Part shown: positions 23,834-37,100 of the stretch, piece after piece | How the letters are laid out: the number at the start of each line of letters is the position of its first letter | Numbering within the stretch: position 1 is the first letter of the stretch | Origin: Lingula anatina | Taxonomy: Eukaryota > Animalia > Brachiopoda | Length of the DNA: 64,000 nt | Assembly (NCBI GenBank): GCA_051362555.1 | Contig: JBPQGU010000016.1 | Location: 3,906,001 to 3,970,000 of the forward strand | Reading direction: 5' to 3' | The notes under the pieces: model-generated | What the model saw: the letters and a program-made list of their open reading frames with translations, nothing else | The model's database searches: none | What the model was told of the DNA's origin: nothing | Translations under genes and position numbers: made by a program

Positions 23834-25039
23834 GTACCTATCTGTATCTTAAAAAAAAAAAAAAAATGCTGGTATATGATAGACGGGAAGAGGGAGCGCA
23901 TGGGAAATGACGGTGTAGGCCGGATCTAAAGCCTTCCACAGTTTCAGCAGTAACTTGTTGGTCACTTCGTTCATTCCACTCGGTGACTGTTCTGGTAAAG
24001 AAAGAGTTTCAAACTGGTGTGTCGCAGTGTGATTCTTGCACTTAAAGTTTGTTTTAAATCCTAATATTAGCACATAAATGTAATTTATTCTAAAATGTGA
24101 GGCCTAATTATAAGGAGCTACGGGCAAATTTCTTCAACAATCAGTTTCTTTTTCAAACTGATTGTTTGACACATCATGATAACAACGGAAACCACCAAAC
24201 TTCAATTAAGATAATTAATTGTATTTATGTAGCAAATGGGTTGTTTTAGTGGTGGTATTAACTTTTTGGTAATACATCAACGTTTTGTTTATAGGAAATT
24301 AGTCTGGTTAGTTAGTAGTAGGTAGTAGGATGGTAGTTTGGGTCTTGTGTCTGCACATTTTTACCTTAAGTAGTTGACCAAGGCAAGGTGATAACAGATG
24401 TCCCGGGTTAAGGAATTTCTTAGCTGCTGTGTATCTAGGCACACACATTTGCACCCCCACCTTTAATAATTATATATTTCTTTTTAGTTACCCGCACGAA
24501 AATGCAGTAGTATCGAAGTAGCAAAGCGGCGGGAGCATATTTGCATAATAGCCTACTGCAATTCTACTCCAAAAAGTACATAGGTTTGTACAGAGAGGAG
24601 CATAAATGCATAATTTTTTTAATTCCCATGACAAAACACCCCGGTGACTCCCTTCGCCACATAAGTTTTCATGTAATTATTAAACAGAGCAAAAAATCTC
24701 CCTATTTCTGTAGAATTATAAATTTTATGAAAGATGTTTTTGGGACTAATTCTATTGAGCTGCATTCAGTGAGAAGTCATTCAGCTTTGTAGCTGCGGAG
24801 ATATTGACGGCCGCACTAAAAAATTCCTGCAAAACTGCATGAACAGAATATTTTGGTGAAACATTTCCTATTCTCATAGACAGCAGACTCACTGACGTAA
24901 CTCCCAATGCCACAAAAAGTTACTTTTCATACCGGCAGTACTGTAATTGAACATGTGCATTCTCTTGTTTGTAAACAAACCACTGCACTGCTCACAGTTG
25001 TAAGCTCCCTCCGCCAGATGTCCGAAACTGTATAGCACT

Positions 25040-25199
25040 GAGCCAGGTCTCGCCAAAAATAAGAAGCAATTTAGGCCCAAACCTGCTACTTGACACCAAA
25101 TTAACCACTAGCAACACACAAAAAAGGCAGGAAAAAAACTGGAAACAATCACTAATTTTTCAAGCAGAACTTCATTCGTCTATAACAGTCCGTGATTGG
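25040..25199 (+). mobile_element. Possible 3' end of a non-LTR retrotransposon ORF2, truncated by the satellite
   Basis: Degenerate YLTP...N(S)F...TVRDW, resembling the NSFFPRTIRDWN C-terminal motif of LINE ORF2s. Confidence 0.35.
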
Positions 25200-28100
25200 C
25201 CAGGTAGGGATGAAAATTTTTTTTCTTCATTATAGTGTCAGGTAGGTGTGTTCGGTCATTTGTAGTAAGAATAAAGTGCTGGAAGAGTGGTGGTGTCAAC
25301 ATTAAGGAAGAAATAGAGCAAAAACTCTCTCTCCCCCCCCCTCTCAGATTCTGTTCTCAGAGCTTATTTTTGGATCATCTTTAAAGCTAGAATTGGGGGC
25401 CTTGATGAAGTGACCCGGGCGCGTTTCCACATTTTTTATGAATGACAGGTGTGGTAGATTGATTTTCCTCACTTTTTGGAAAAATCGGAGACGGGTCGAT
25501 TTTTGGTGATTTTGAGTGATTTTGAACAGTGCCGGCACTGTGAGATTTCTTCAATTTTGGCCAGGTAGGGATGAAAATTTTTTTTCTTCATTATAGTGTC
25601 AGGTAGGTGTGTTCGGTCATTTGTAGTAAGAATAAAGTGCTGGAAGAGTGGTGGTGTCAACATTAAGGAAGAAATAGAGCAAAAACTCTCTCTCCCCCCC
25701 CCCTCTCAGATTCTGTTCTCAGAGCTTATTTTTGGATCATCTTTAAAGCTAGAATTGGGGGCCTTGATGAAGTGACCCGGGCGCGTTTCCACATTTTTTA
25801 TGAATGACAGGTGTGGTAGATTGATTTTCCTCACTTTTTGGAAAAATCGGAGACGGGTCGATTTTTGGTGATTTTGAGTGATTTTGAACAGTGCCGGCAC
25901 TGTGAGATTTCTTCAATTTTGGCCAGGTAGGGATGAAAATTTTTTTTCTTCATTATAGTGTCAGGTAGGTGTGTTCGGTCATTTGTAGTAAGAATAAAGT
26001 GCTGGAAGAGTGGTGGTGTCAACATTAAGGAAGAAATAGAGCAAAAACTCTCTCTCCCCCCCCCCTCTCAGATTCTGTTCTCAGAGCTTATTTTTGGATC
26101 ATCTTTAAAGCTAGAATTGGGGGCCTTGATGAAGTGACCCGGGCGCGTTTCCACATTTTTTATGAATGACAGGTGTGGTAGATTGATTTTCCTCACTTTT
26201 TGGAAAAATCGGAGACGGGTCGATTTTTGGTGATTTTGAGTGATTTTGAACAGTGCCGGCACTGTGAGATTTCTTCAATTTTGGCCAGGTAGGGATGAAA
26301 ATTTTTTTTCTTCATTATAGTGTCAGGTAGGTGTGTTCGGTCATTTGTAGTAAGAATAAAGTGCTGGAAGAGTGGTGGTGTCAACATTAAGGAAGAAATA
26401 GAGCAAAAACTCTCTCTCCCCCCCCCCTCTCAGATTCTGTTCTCAGAGCTTATTTTTGGATCATCTTTAAAGCTAGAATTGGGGGCCTTGATGAAGTGAC
26501 CCGGGCGCGTTTCCACATTTTTTATGAATGACAGGTGTGGTAGATTGATTTTCCTCACTTTTTGGAAAAATCGGAGACGGGTCGATTTTTGGTGATTTTG
26601 AGTGATTTTGAACAGTGCCGGCACTGTGAGATTTCTTCAATTTTGGCCAGGTAGGGATGAAAATTTTTTTTCTTCATTATAGTGTCAGGTAGGTGTGTTC
26701 GGTCATTTGTAGTAAGAATAAAGTGCTGGAAGAGTGGTGGTGTCAACATTAAGGAAGAAATAGAGCAAAAACTCTCTCTCCCCCCCCCCTCTCAGATTCT
26801 GTTCTCAGAGCTTATTTTTGGATCATCTTTAAAGCTAGAATTGGGGGCCTTGATGAAGTGACCCGGGCGCGTTTCCACATTTTTTATGAATGACAGGTGT
26901 GGTAGATGATTTTCCTCACTTTTTGGAAAAATCGGAGACGGGTCGATTTTTGGTGATTTTGAGTGATTTTGAACAGTGCCGGCACTGTGAGATTTCTTCA
27001 ATTTTGGCCAGGTAGGGATGAAAATTTTTTTTCTTCATTATAGTGTCAGGTAGGTGTGTTCGGTCATTTGTAGTAAGAATAAAGTGCTGGAAGAGTGGTG
27101 GTGTCAACATTAAGGAAGAAATAGAGCAAAAACTCTCTCTCCCCCCCCCCCTCTCAGATTCTGTTCTCAGAGCTTATTTTTGGATCATCTTTAAAGCTAG
27201 AATTGGGGGCCTTGATGAAGTGACCCGGGCGCGTTTCCACATTTTTTATGAATGACAGGTGTGGTAGATTGATTTTCCTCACTTTTTGGAAAAATCGGAG
27301 ACGGGTCGATTTTTGGTGATTTTGAGTGATTTTGAACAGTGCCGGCACTGTGAGATTTCTTCAATTTTGGCCAGGTAGGGATGAAAATTTTTTTTCTTCA
27401 TTATAGTGTCAGGTAGGTGTGTTCGGTCATTTGTAGTAAGAATAAAGTGCTGGAAGAGTGGTGGTGTCAACATTAAGGAAGAAATAGAGCAAAAACTCTC
27501 TCTCCCCCCCCCCCTCTCAGATTCTGTTCTCAGAGCTTATTTTTGGATCATCTTTAAAGCTAGAATTGGGGGCCTTGATGAAGTGACCCGGGCGCGTTTC
27601 CACATTTTTTATGAATGACAGGTGTGGTAGATTGATTTTCCTCACTTTTTGGAAAAATCGGAGACGGGTCGATTTTTGGTGATTTTGAGTGATTTTGAAC
27701 AGTGCCGGCACTGTGAGATTTCTTCAATTTTGGCCAGGTAGGGATGAAAATTTTTTTTCTTCATTATAGTGTCAGGTAGGTGTGTTCGGTCATTTGTAGT
27801 AAGAATAAAGTGCTGGAAGAGTGGTGGTGTCAACATTAAGGAAGAAATAGAGCAAAAACTCTCTCTCCCCCCCCCCCTCTCAGATTCTGTTCTCAGAGCT
27901 TATTTTTGGATCATCTTTAAAGCTAGAATTGGGGGCCTTGATGAAGTGACCCGGGCGCGTTTCCACATTTTTTATGAATGACAGGTGTGGTAGATTGATT
28001 TTCCTCACTTTTTGGAAAAATCGGAGACGGGTCGATTTTTGGTGATTTTGAGTGATTTTGAACAGTGCCGGCACTGTGAGATTTCTTCAATTTTGGCCAG

Positions 28101-31100
28101 GTAGGGATGAAAATTTTTTTTCTTCATTATAGTGTCAGGTAGGTGTGTTCGGTCATTTGTAGTAAGAATAAAGTGCTGGAAGAGTGGTGGTGTCAACATT
28201 AAGGAAGAAATAGAGCAAAAACTCTCTCTCCCCCCCCCCCTCTCAGATTCTGTTCTCAGAGCTTATTTTTGGATCATCTTTAAAGCTAGAATTGGGGGCC
28301 TTGATGAAGTGACCCGGGCGCGTTTCCACATTTTTTATGAATGACAGGTGTGGTAGATTGATTTTCCTCACTTTTTGGAAAAATCGGAGACGGGTCGATT
28401 TTTGGTGATTTTGAGTGATTTTGAACAGTGCCGGCACTGTGAGATTTCTTCAATTTTGGCCAGGTAGGGATGAAAATTTTTTTTCTTCATTATAGTGTCA
28501 GGTAGGTGTGTTCGGTCATTTGTAGTAAGAATAAAGTGCTGGAAGAGTGGTGGTGTCAACATTAAGGAAGAAATAGAGCAAAAACTCTCTCTCCCCCCCC
28601 CCCTCTCAGATTCTGTTCTCAGAGCTTATTTTTGGATCATCTTTAAAGCTAGAATTGGGGGCCTTGATGAAGTGACCCGGGCGCGTTTCCACATTTTTTA
28701 TGAATGACAGGTGTGGTAGATTGATTTTCCTCACTTTTTGGAAAAATCGGAGACGGGTCGATTTTTGGTGATTTTGAGTGATTTTGAACAGTGCCGGCAC
28801 TGTGAGATTTCTTCAATTTTGGCCAGGTAGGGATGAAAATTTTTTTTCTTCATTATAGTGTCAGGTAGGTGTGTTCGGTCATTTGTAGTAAGAATAAAGT
28901 GCTGGAAGAGTGGTGGTGTCAACATTAAGGAAGAAATAGAGCAAAAACTCTCTCTCCCCCCCCCCCCTCTCAGATTCTGTTCTCAGAGCTTATTTTTGGA
29001 TCATCTTTAAAGCTAGAATTGGGGGCCTTGATGAAGTGACCCGGGCGCGTTTCCACATTTTTTATGAATGACAGGTGTGGTAGATTGATTTTCCTCACTT
29101 TTTGGAAAAATCGGAGACGGGTCGATTTTTGGTGATTTTGAGTGATTTTGAACAGTGCCGGCACTGTGAGATTTCTTCAATTTTGGCCAGGTAGGGATGA
29201 AAATTTTTTTTCTTCATTATAGTGTCAGGTAGGTGTGTTCGGTCATTTGTAGTAAGAATAAAGTGCTGGAAGAGTGGTGGTGTCAACATTAAGGAAGAAA
29301 TAGAGCAAAAACTCTCTCTCCCCCCCCCCCTCTCAGATTCTGTTCTCAGAGCTTATTTTTGGATCATCTTTAAAGCTAGAATTGGGGGCCTTGATGAAGT
29401 GACCCGGGCGCGTTTCCACATTTTTTATGAATGACAGGTGTGGTAGATTGATTTTCCTCACTTTTTGGAAAAATCGGAGACGGGTCGATTTTTGGTGATT
29501 TTGAGTGATTTTGAACAGTGCCGGCACTGTGAGATTTCTTCAATTTTGGCCAGGTAGGGATGAAAATTTTTTTTCTTCATTATAGTGTCAGGTAGGTGTG
29601 TTCGGTCATTTGTAGTAAGAATAAAGTGCTGGAAGAGTGGTGGTGTCAACATTAAGGAAGAAATAGAGCAAAAACTCTCTCTCCCCCCCCCCCTCTCAGA
29701 TTCTGTTCTCAGAGCTTATTTTTGGATCATCTTTAAAGCTAGAATTGGGGGCCTTGATGAAGTGACCCGGGCGCGTTTCCACATTTTTTATGAATGACAG
29801 GTGTGGTAGATTGATTTTCCTCACTTTTTGGAAAAATCGGAGACGGGTCGATTTTTGGTGATTTTGAGTGATTTTGAACAGTGCCGGCACTGTGAGATTT
29901 CTTCAATTTTGGCCAGGTAGGGATGAAAATTTTTTTTCTTCATTATAGTGTCAGGTAGGTGTGTTCGGTCATTTGTAGTAAGAATAAAGTGCTGGAAGAG
30001 TGGTGGTGTCAACATTAAGGAAGAAATAGAGCAAAAACTCTCTCTCCCCCCCCCCCTCTCAGATTCTGTTCTCAGAGCTTATTTTTGGATCATCTTTAAA
30101 GCTAGAATTGGGGGCCTTGATGAAGTGACCCGGGCGCGTTTCCACATTTTTTATGAATGACAGGTGTGGTAGATTGATTTTCCTCACTTTTTGGAAAAAT
30201 CGGAGACGGGTCGATTTTTGGTGATTTTGAGTGATTTTGAACAGTGCCGGCACTGTGAGATTTCTTCAATTTTGGCCAGGTAGGGATGAAAATTTTTTTT
30301 CTTCATTATAGTGTCAGGTAGGTGTGTTCGGTCATTTGTAGTAAGAATAAAGTGCTGGAAGAGTGGTGGTGTCAACATTAAGGAAGAAATAGAGCAAAAA
30401 CTCTCTCTCCCCCCCCCCCTCTCAGATTCTGTTCTCAGAGCTTATTTTTGGATCATCTTTAAAGCTAGAATTCGGGGGCCTTGATGAAGTGACCCGGGCG
30501 CGTTTCCACATTTTTTATGAATGACAGGTGTGGTAGATTGATTTTCCTCACTTTTTGGAAAAATCGGAGACGGGTCGATTTTTGGTGATTTTGAGTGATT
30601 TTGAACAGTGCCGGCACTGTGAGATTTCTTCAATTTTGGCCAGGTAGGGATGAAAATTTTTTTTCTTCATTATAGTGTCAGGTAGGTGTGTTCGGTCATT
30701 TGTAGTAAGAATAAAGTGCTGGAAGAGTGGTGGTGTCAACATTAAGGAAGAAATAGAGCAAAAACTCTCTCTCCCCCCCCCCCTCTCAGATTCTGTTCTC
30801 AGAGCTTATTTTTGGATCATCTTTAAAGCTAGAATTGGGGGCCTTGATGAAGTGACCCGGGCGCGTTTCCACATTTTTTATGAATGACAGGTGTGGTAGA
30901 TTGATTTTCCTCACTTTTTGGAAAAATCGGAGACGGGTCGATTTTTGGTGATTTTGAGTGATTTTGAACAGTGCCGGCACTGTGAGATTTCTTCAATTTT
31001 GGCCAGGTAGGGATGAAAATTTTTTTTCTTCATTATAGTGTCAGGTAGGTGTGTTCGGTCATTTGTAGTAAGAATAAAGTGCTGGAAGAGTGGTGGTGTC

Positions 31101-34100
31101 AACATTAAGGAAGAAATAGAGCAAAAACTCTCTCTCCCCCCCCCCCTCTCAGATTCTGTTCTCAGAGCTTATTTTTGGATCATCTTTAAAGCTAGAATTG
31201 GGGGCCTTGATGAAGTGACCCGGGCGCGTTTCCACATTTTTTATGAATGACAGGTGTGGTAGATTGATTTTCCTCACTTTTTGGAAAAATCGGAGACGGG
31301 TCGATTTTTGGTGATTTTGAGTGATTTTGAACAGTGCCGGCACTGTGAGATTTCTTCAATTTTGGCCAGGTAGGGATGAAAATTTTTTTTCTTCATTATA
31401 GTGTCAGGTAGGTGTGTTCGGTCATTTGTAGTAAGAATAAAGTGCTGGAAGAGTGGTGGTGTCAACATTAAGGAAGAAATAGAGCAAAAACTCTCTCTCC
31501 CCCCCCCCCTCTCAGATTCTGTTCTCAGAGCTTATTTTTGGATCATCTTTAAAGCTAGAATTGGGGGCCTTGATGAAGTGACCCGGGCGCGTTTCCACAT
31601 TTTTTATGAATGACAGGTGTGGTAGATTGATTTTCCTCACTTTTTGGAAAAATCGGAGACGGGTCGATTTTTGGTGATTTTGAGTGATTTTGAACAGTGC
31701 CGGCACTGTGAGATTTCTTCAATTTTGGCCAGGTAGGGATGAAAATTTTTTTTCTTCATTATAGTGTCAGGTAGGTGTGTTCGGTCATTTGTAGTAAGAA
31801 TAAAGTGCTGGAAGAGTGGTGGTGTCAACATTAAGGAAGAAATAGAGCAAAAACTCTCTCTCCCCCCCCCCCTCTCAGATTCTGTTCTCAGAGCTTATTT
31901 TTGGATCATCTTTAAAGCTAGAATTGGGGGCCTTGATGAAGTGACCCGGGCGCGTTTCCACATTTTTTATGAATGACAGGTGTGGTAGATTGATTTTCCT
32001 CACTTTTTGGAAAAATCGGAGACGGGTCGATTTTTGGTGATTTTGAGTGATTTTGAACAGTGCCGGCACTGTGAGATTTCTTCAATTTTGGCCAGGTAGG
32101 GATGAAAATTTTTTTTCTTCATTATAGTGTCAGGTAGGTGTGTTCGGTCATTTGTAGTAAGAATAAAGTGCTGGAAGAGTGGTGGTGTCAACATTAAGGA
32201 AGAAATAGAGCAAAAACTCTCTCTCCCCCCCCCCCTCTCAGATTCTGTTCTCAGAGCTTATTTTTGGATCATCTTTAAAGCTAGAATTGGGGGCCTTGAT
32301 GAAGTGACCCGGGCGCGTTTCCACATTTTTTATGAATGACAGGTGTGGTAGATTGATTTTCCTCACTTTTTGGAAAAATCGGAGACGGGTCGATTTTTGG
32401 TGATTTTGAGTGATTTTGAACAGTGCCGGCACTGTGAGATTTCTTCAATTTTGGCCAGGTAGGGATGAAAATTTTTTTTCTTCATTATAGTGTCAGGTAG
32501 GTGTGTTCGGTCATTTGTAGTAAGAATAAAGTGCTGGAAGAGTGGTGGTGTCAACATTAAGGAAGAAATAGAGCAAAAACTCTCTCTCCCCCCCCCCCTC
32601 TCAGATTCTGTTCTCAGAGCTTATTTTTGGATCATCTTTAAAGCTAGAATTGGGGGCCTTGATGAAGTGACCCGGGCGCGTTTCCACATTTTTTATGAAT
32701 GACAGGTGTGGTAGATTGATTTTCCTCACTTTTTGGAAAAATCGGAGACGGGTCGATTTTTGGTGATTTTGAGTGATTTTGAACAGTGCCGGCACTGTGA
32801 GATTTCTTCAATTTTGGCCAGGTAGGGATGAAAATTTTTTTTCTTCATTATAGTGTCAGGTAGGTGTGTTCGGTCATTTGTAGTAAGAATAAAGTGCTGG
32901 AAGAGTGGTGGTGTCAACATTAAGGAAGAAATAGAGCAAAAACTCTCTCTCCCCCCCCCCCTCTCAGATTCTGTTCTCAGAGCTTATTTTTGGATCATCT
33001 TTAAAGCTAGAATTGGGGGCCTTGATGAAGTGACCCGGGCGCGTTTCCACATTTTTTATGAATGACAGGTGTGGTAGATTGATTTTCCTCACTTTTTGGA
33101 AAAATCGGAGACGGGTCGATTTTTGGTGATTTTGAGTGATTTTGAACAGTGCCGGCACTGTGAGATTTCTTCAATTTTGGCCAGGTAGGGATGAAAATTT
33201 TTTTTCTTCATTATAGTGTCAGGTAGGTGTGTTCGGTCATTTGTAGTAAGAATAAAGTGCTGGAAGAGTGGTGGTGTCAACATTAAGGAAGAAATAGAGC
33301 AAAAACTCTCTCTCCCCCCCCCCCTCTCAGATTCTGTTCTCAGAGCTTATTTTTGGATCATCTTTAAAGCTAGAATTGGGGGCCTTGATGAAGTGACCCG
33401 GGCGCGTTTCCACATTTTTTATGAATGACAGGTGTGGTAGATTGATTTTCCTCACTTTTTGGAAAAATCGGAGACGGGTCGATTTTTGGTGATTTTGAGT
33501 GATTTTGAACAGTGCCGGCACTGTGAGATTTCTTCAATTTTGGCCAGGTAGGGATGAAAATTTTTTTTCTTCATTATAGTGTCAGGTAGGTGTGTTCGGT
33601 CATTTGTAGTAAGAATAAAGTGCTGGAAGAGTGGTGGTGTCAACATTAAGGAAGAAATAGAGCAAAAACTCTCTCTCCCCCCCCCCCTCTCAGATTCTGT
33701 TCTCAGAGCTTATTTTTGGATCATCTTTAAAGCTAGAATTGGGGGCCTTGATGAAGTGACCCGGGCGCGTTTCCACATTTTTTATGAATGACAGGTGTGG
33801 TAGATTGATTTTCCTCACTTTTTGGAAAAATCGGAGACGGGTCGATTTTTGGTGATTTTGAGTGATTTTGAACAGTGCCGGCACTGTGAGATTTCTTCAA
33901 TTTTGGCCAGGTAGGGATGAAAATTTTTTTTCTTCATTATAGTGTCAGGTAGGTGTGTTCGGTCATTTGTAGTAAGAATAAAGTGCTGGAAGAGTGGTGG
34001 TGTCAACATTAAGGAAGAAATAGAGCAAAAACTCTCTCTCCCCCCCCCCCTCTCAGATTCTGTTCTCAGAGCTTATTTTTGGATCATCTTTAAAGCTAGA

Positions 34101-37100
34101 ATTGGGGGCCTTGATGAAGTGACCCGGGCGCGTTTCCACATTTTTTATGAATGACAGGTGTGGTAGATTGATTTTCCTCACTTTTTGGAAAAATCGGAGA
34201 CGGGTCGATTTTTGGTGATTTTGAGTGATTTTGAACAGTGCCGGCACTGTGAGATTTCTTCAATTTTGGCCAGGTAGGGATGAAAATTTTTTTTCTTCAT
34301 TATAGTGTCAGGTAGGTGTGTTCGGTCATTTGTAGTAAGAATAAAGTGCTGGAAGAGTGGTGGTGTCAACATTAAGGAAGAAATAGAGCAAAAACTCTCT
34401 CTCCCCCCCCCCCTCTCAGATTCTGTTCTCAGAGCTTATTTTTGGATCATCTTTAAAGCTAGAATTGGGGGCCTTGATGAAGTGACCCGGGCGCGTTTCC
34501 ACATTTTTTATGAATGACAGGTGTGGTAGATTGATTTTCCTCACTTTTTGGAAAAATCGGAGACGGGTCGATTTTTGGTGATTTTGAGTGATTTTGAACA
34601 GTGCCGGCACTGTGAGATTTCTTCAATTTTGGCCAGGTAGGGATGAAAATTTTTTTTCTTCATTATAGTGTCAGGTAGGTGTGTTCGGTCATTTGTAGTA
34701 AGAATAAAGTGCTGGAAGAGTGGTGGTGTCAACATTAAGGAAGAAATAGAGCAAAAACTCTCTCTCCCCCCCCCCCTCTCAGATTCTGTTCTCAGAGCTT
34801 ATTTTTGGATCATCTTTAAAGCTAGAATTGGGGGCCTTGATGAAGTGACCCGGGCGCGTTTCCACATTTTTTATGAATGACAGGTGTGGTAGATTGATTT
34901 TCCTCACTTTTTGGAAAAATCGGAGACGGGTCGATTTTTGGTGATTTTGAGTGATTTTGAACAGTGCCGGCACTGTGAGATTTCTTCAATTTTGGCCAGG
35001 TAGGGATGAAAATTTTTTTTCTTCATTATAGTGTCAGGTAGGTGTGTTCGGTCATTTGTAGTAAGAATAAAGTGCTGGAAGAGTGGTGGTGTCAACATTA
35101 AGGAAGAAATAGAGCAAAAACTCTCTCTCCCCCCCCCCCTCTCAGATTCTGTTCTCAGAGCTTATTTTTGGATCATCTTTAAAGCTAGAATTGGGGGCCT
35201 TGATGAAGTGACCCGGGCGCGTTTCCACATTTTTTATGAATGACAGGTGTGGTAGATTGATTTTCCTCACTTTTTGGAAAAATCGGAGACGGGTCGATTT
35301 TTGGTGATTTTGAGTGATTTTGAACAGTGCCGGCACTGTGAGATTTCTTCAATTTTGGCCAGGTAGGGATGAAAATTTTTTTTCTTCATTATAGTGTCAG
35401 GTAGGTGTGTTCGGTCATTTGTAGTAAGAATAAAGTGCTGGAAGAGTGGTGGTGTCAACATTAAGGAAGAAATAGAGCAAAAACTCTCTCTCCCCCCCCC
35501 CCTCTCAGATTCTGTTCTCAGAGCTTATTTTTGGATCATCTTTAAAGCTAGAATTGGGGGCCTTGATGAAGTGACCCGGGCGCGTTTCCACATTTTTTAT
35601 GAATGACAGGTGTGGTAGATTGATTTTCCTCACTTTTTGGAAAAATCGGAGACGGGTCGATTTTTGGTGATTTTGAGTGATTTTGAACAGTGCCGGCACT
35701 GTGAGATTTCTTCAATTTTGGCCAGGTAGGGATGAAAATTTTTTTTCTTCATTATAGTGTCAGGTAGGTGTGTTCGGTCATTTGTAGTAAGAATAAAGTG
35801 CTGGAAGAGTGGTGGTGTCAACATTAAGGAAGAAATAGAGCAAAAACTCTCTCTCCCCCCCCCCCTCTCAGATTCTGTTCTCAGAGCTTATTTTTGGATC
35901 ATCTTTAAAGCTAGAATTGGGGGCCTTGATGAAGTGACCCGGGCGCGTTTCCACATTTTTTATGAATGACAGGTGTGGTAGATTGATTTTCCTCACTTTT
36001 TGGAAAAATCGGAGACGGGTCGATTTTTGGTGATTTTGAGTGATTTTGAACAGTGCCGGCACTGTGAGATTTCTTCAATTTTGGCCAGGTAGGGATGAAA
36101 ATTTTTTTTCTTCATTATAGTGTCAGGTAGGTGTGTTCGGTCATTTGTAGTAAGAATAAAGTGCTGGAAGAGTGGTGGTGCAACATTAAGGAAGAAATAG
36201 AGCAAAAACTCTCTCTCCCCCCCCCCCTCTCAGATTCTGTTCTCAGAGCTTATTTTTGGATCATCTTTAAAGCTAGAATTGGGGGCCTTGATGAAGTGAC
36301 CCGGGCGCGTTTCCACATTTTTTATGAATGACAGGTGTGGTAGATTGATTTTCCTCACTTTTTGGAAAAATCGGAGACGGGTCGATTTTTGGTGATTTTG
36401 AGTGATTTTGAACAGTGCCGGCACTGTGAGATTTCTTCAATTTTGGCCAGGTAGGGATGAAAATTTTTTTTCTTCATTATAGTGTCAGGTAGGTGTGTTC
36501 GGTCATTTGTAGTAAGAATAAAGTGCTGGAAGAGTGGTGGTGTCAACATTAAGGAAGAAATAGAGCAAAAACTCTCTCTCCCCCCCCCCCTCTCAGATTC
36601 TGTTCTCAGAGCTTATTTTTGGATCATCTTTAAAGCTAGAATTGGGGGCCTTGATGAAGTGACCCGGGCGCGTTTCCACATTTTTTATGAATGACAGGTG
36701 TGGTAGATTGATTTTCCTCACTTTTTGGAAAAATCGGAGACGGGTCGATTTTTGGTGATTTTGAGTGATTTTGAACAGTGCCGGCACTGTGAGATTTCTT
36801 CAATTTTGGCCAGGTAGGGATGAAAATTTTTTTTCTTCATTATAGTGTCAGGTAGGTGTGTTCGGTCATTTGTAGTAAGAATAAAGTGCTGGAAGAGTGG
36901 TGGTGTCAACATTAAGGAAGAAATAGAGCAAAAACTCTCTCTCCCCCCCCCCCTCTCAGATTCTGTTCTCAGAGCTTATTTTTGGATCATCTTTAAAGCT
37001 AGAATTGGGGGCCTTGATGAAGTGACCCGGGCGCGTTTCCACATTTTTTATGAATGACAGGTGTGGTAGATTGATTTTCCTCACTTTTTGGAAAAATCGG

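Noticed and set aside
26900-36185. Isolated single-base indels in the core (~26906, 30473, ~36180) as biological variants
   Set aside because: Singletons in otherwise identical monomers are as likely to be consensus errors. This cannot be judged without reads.
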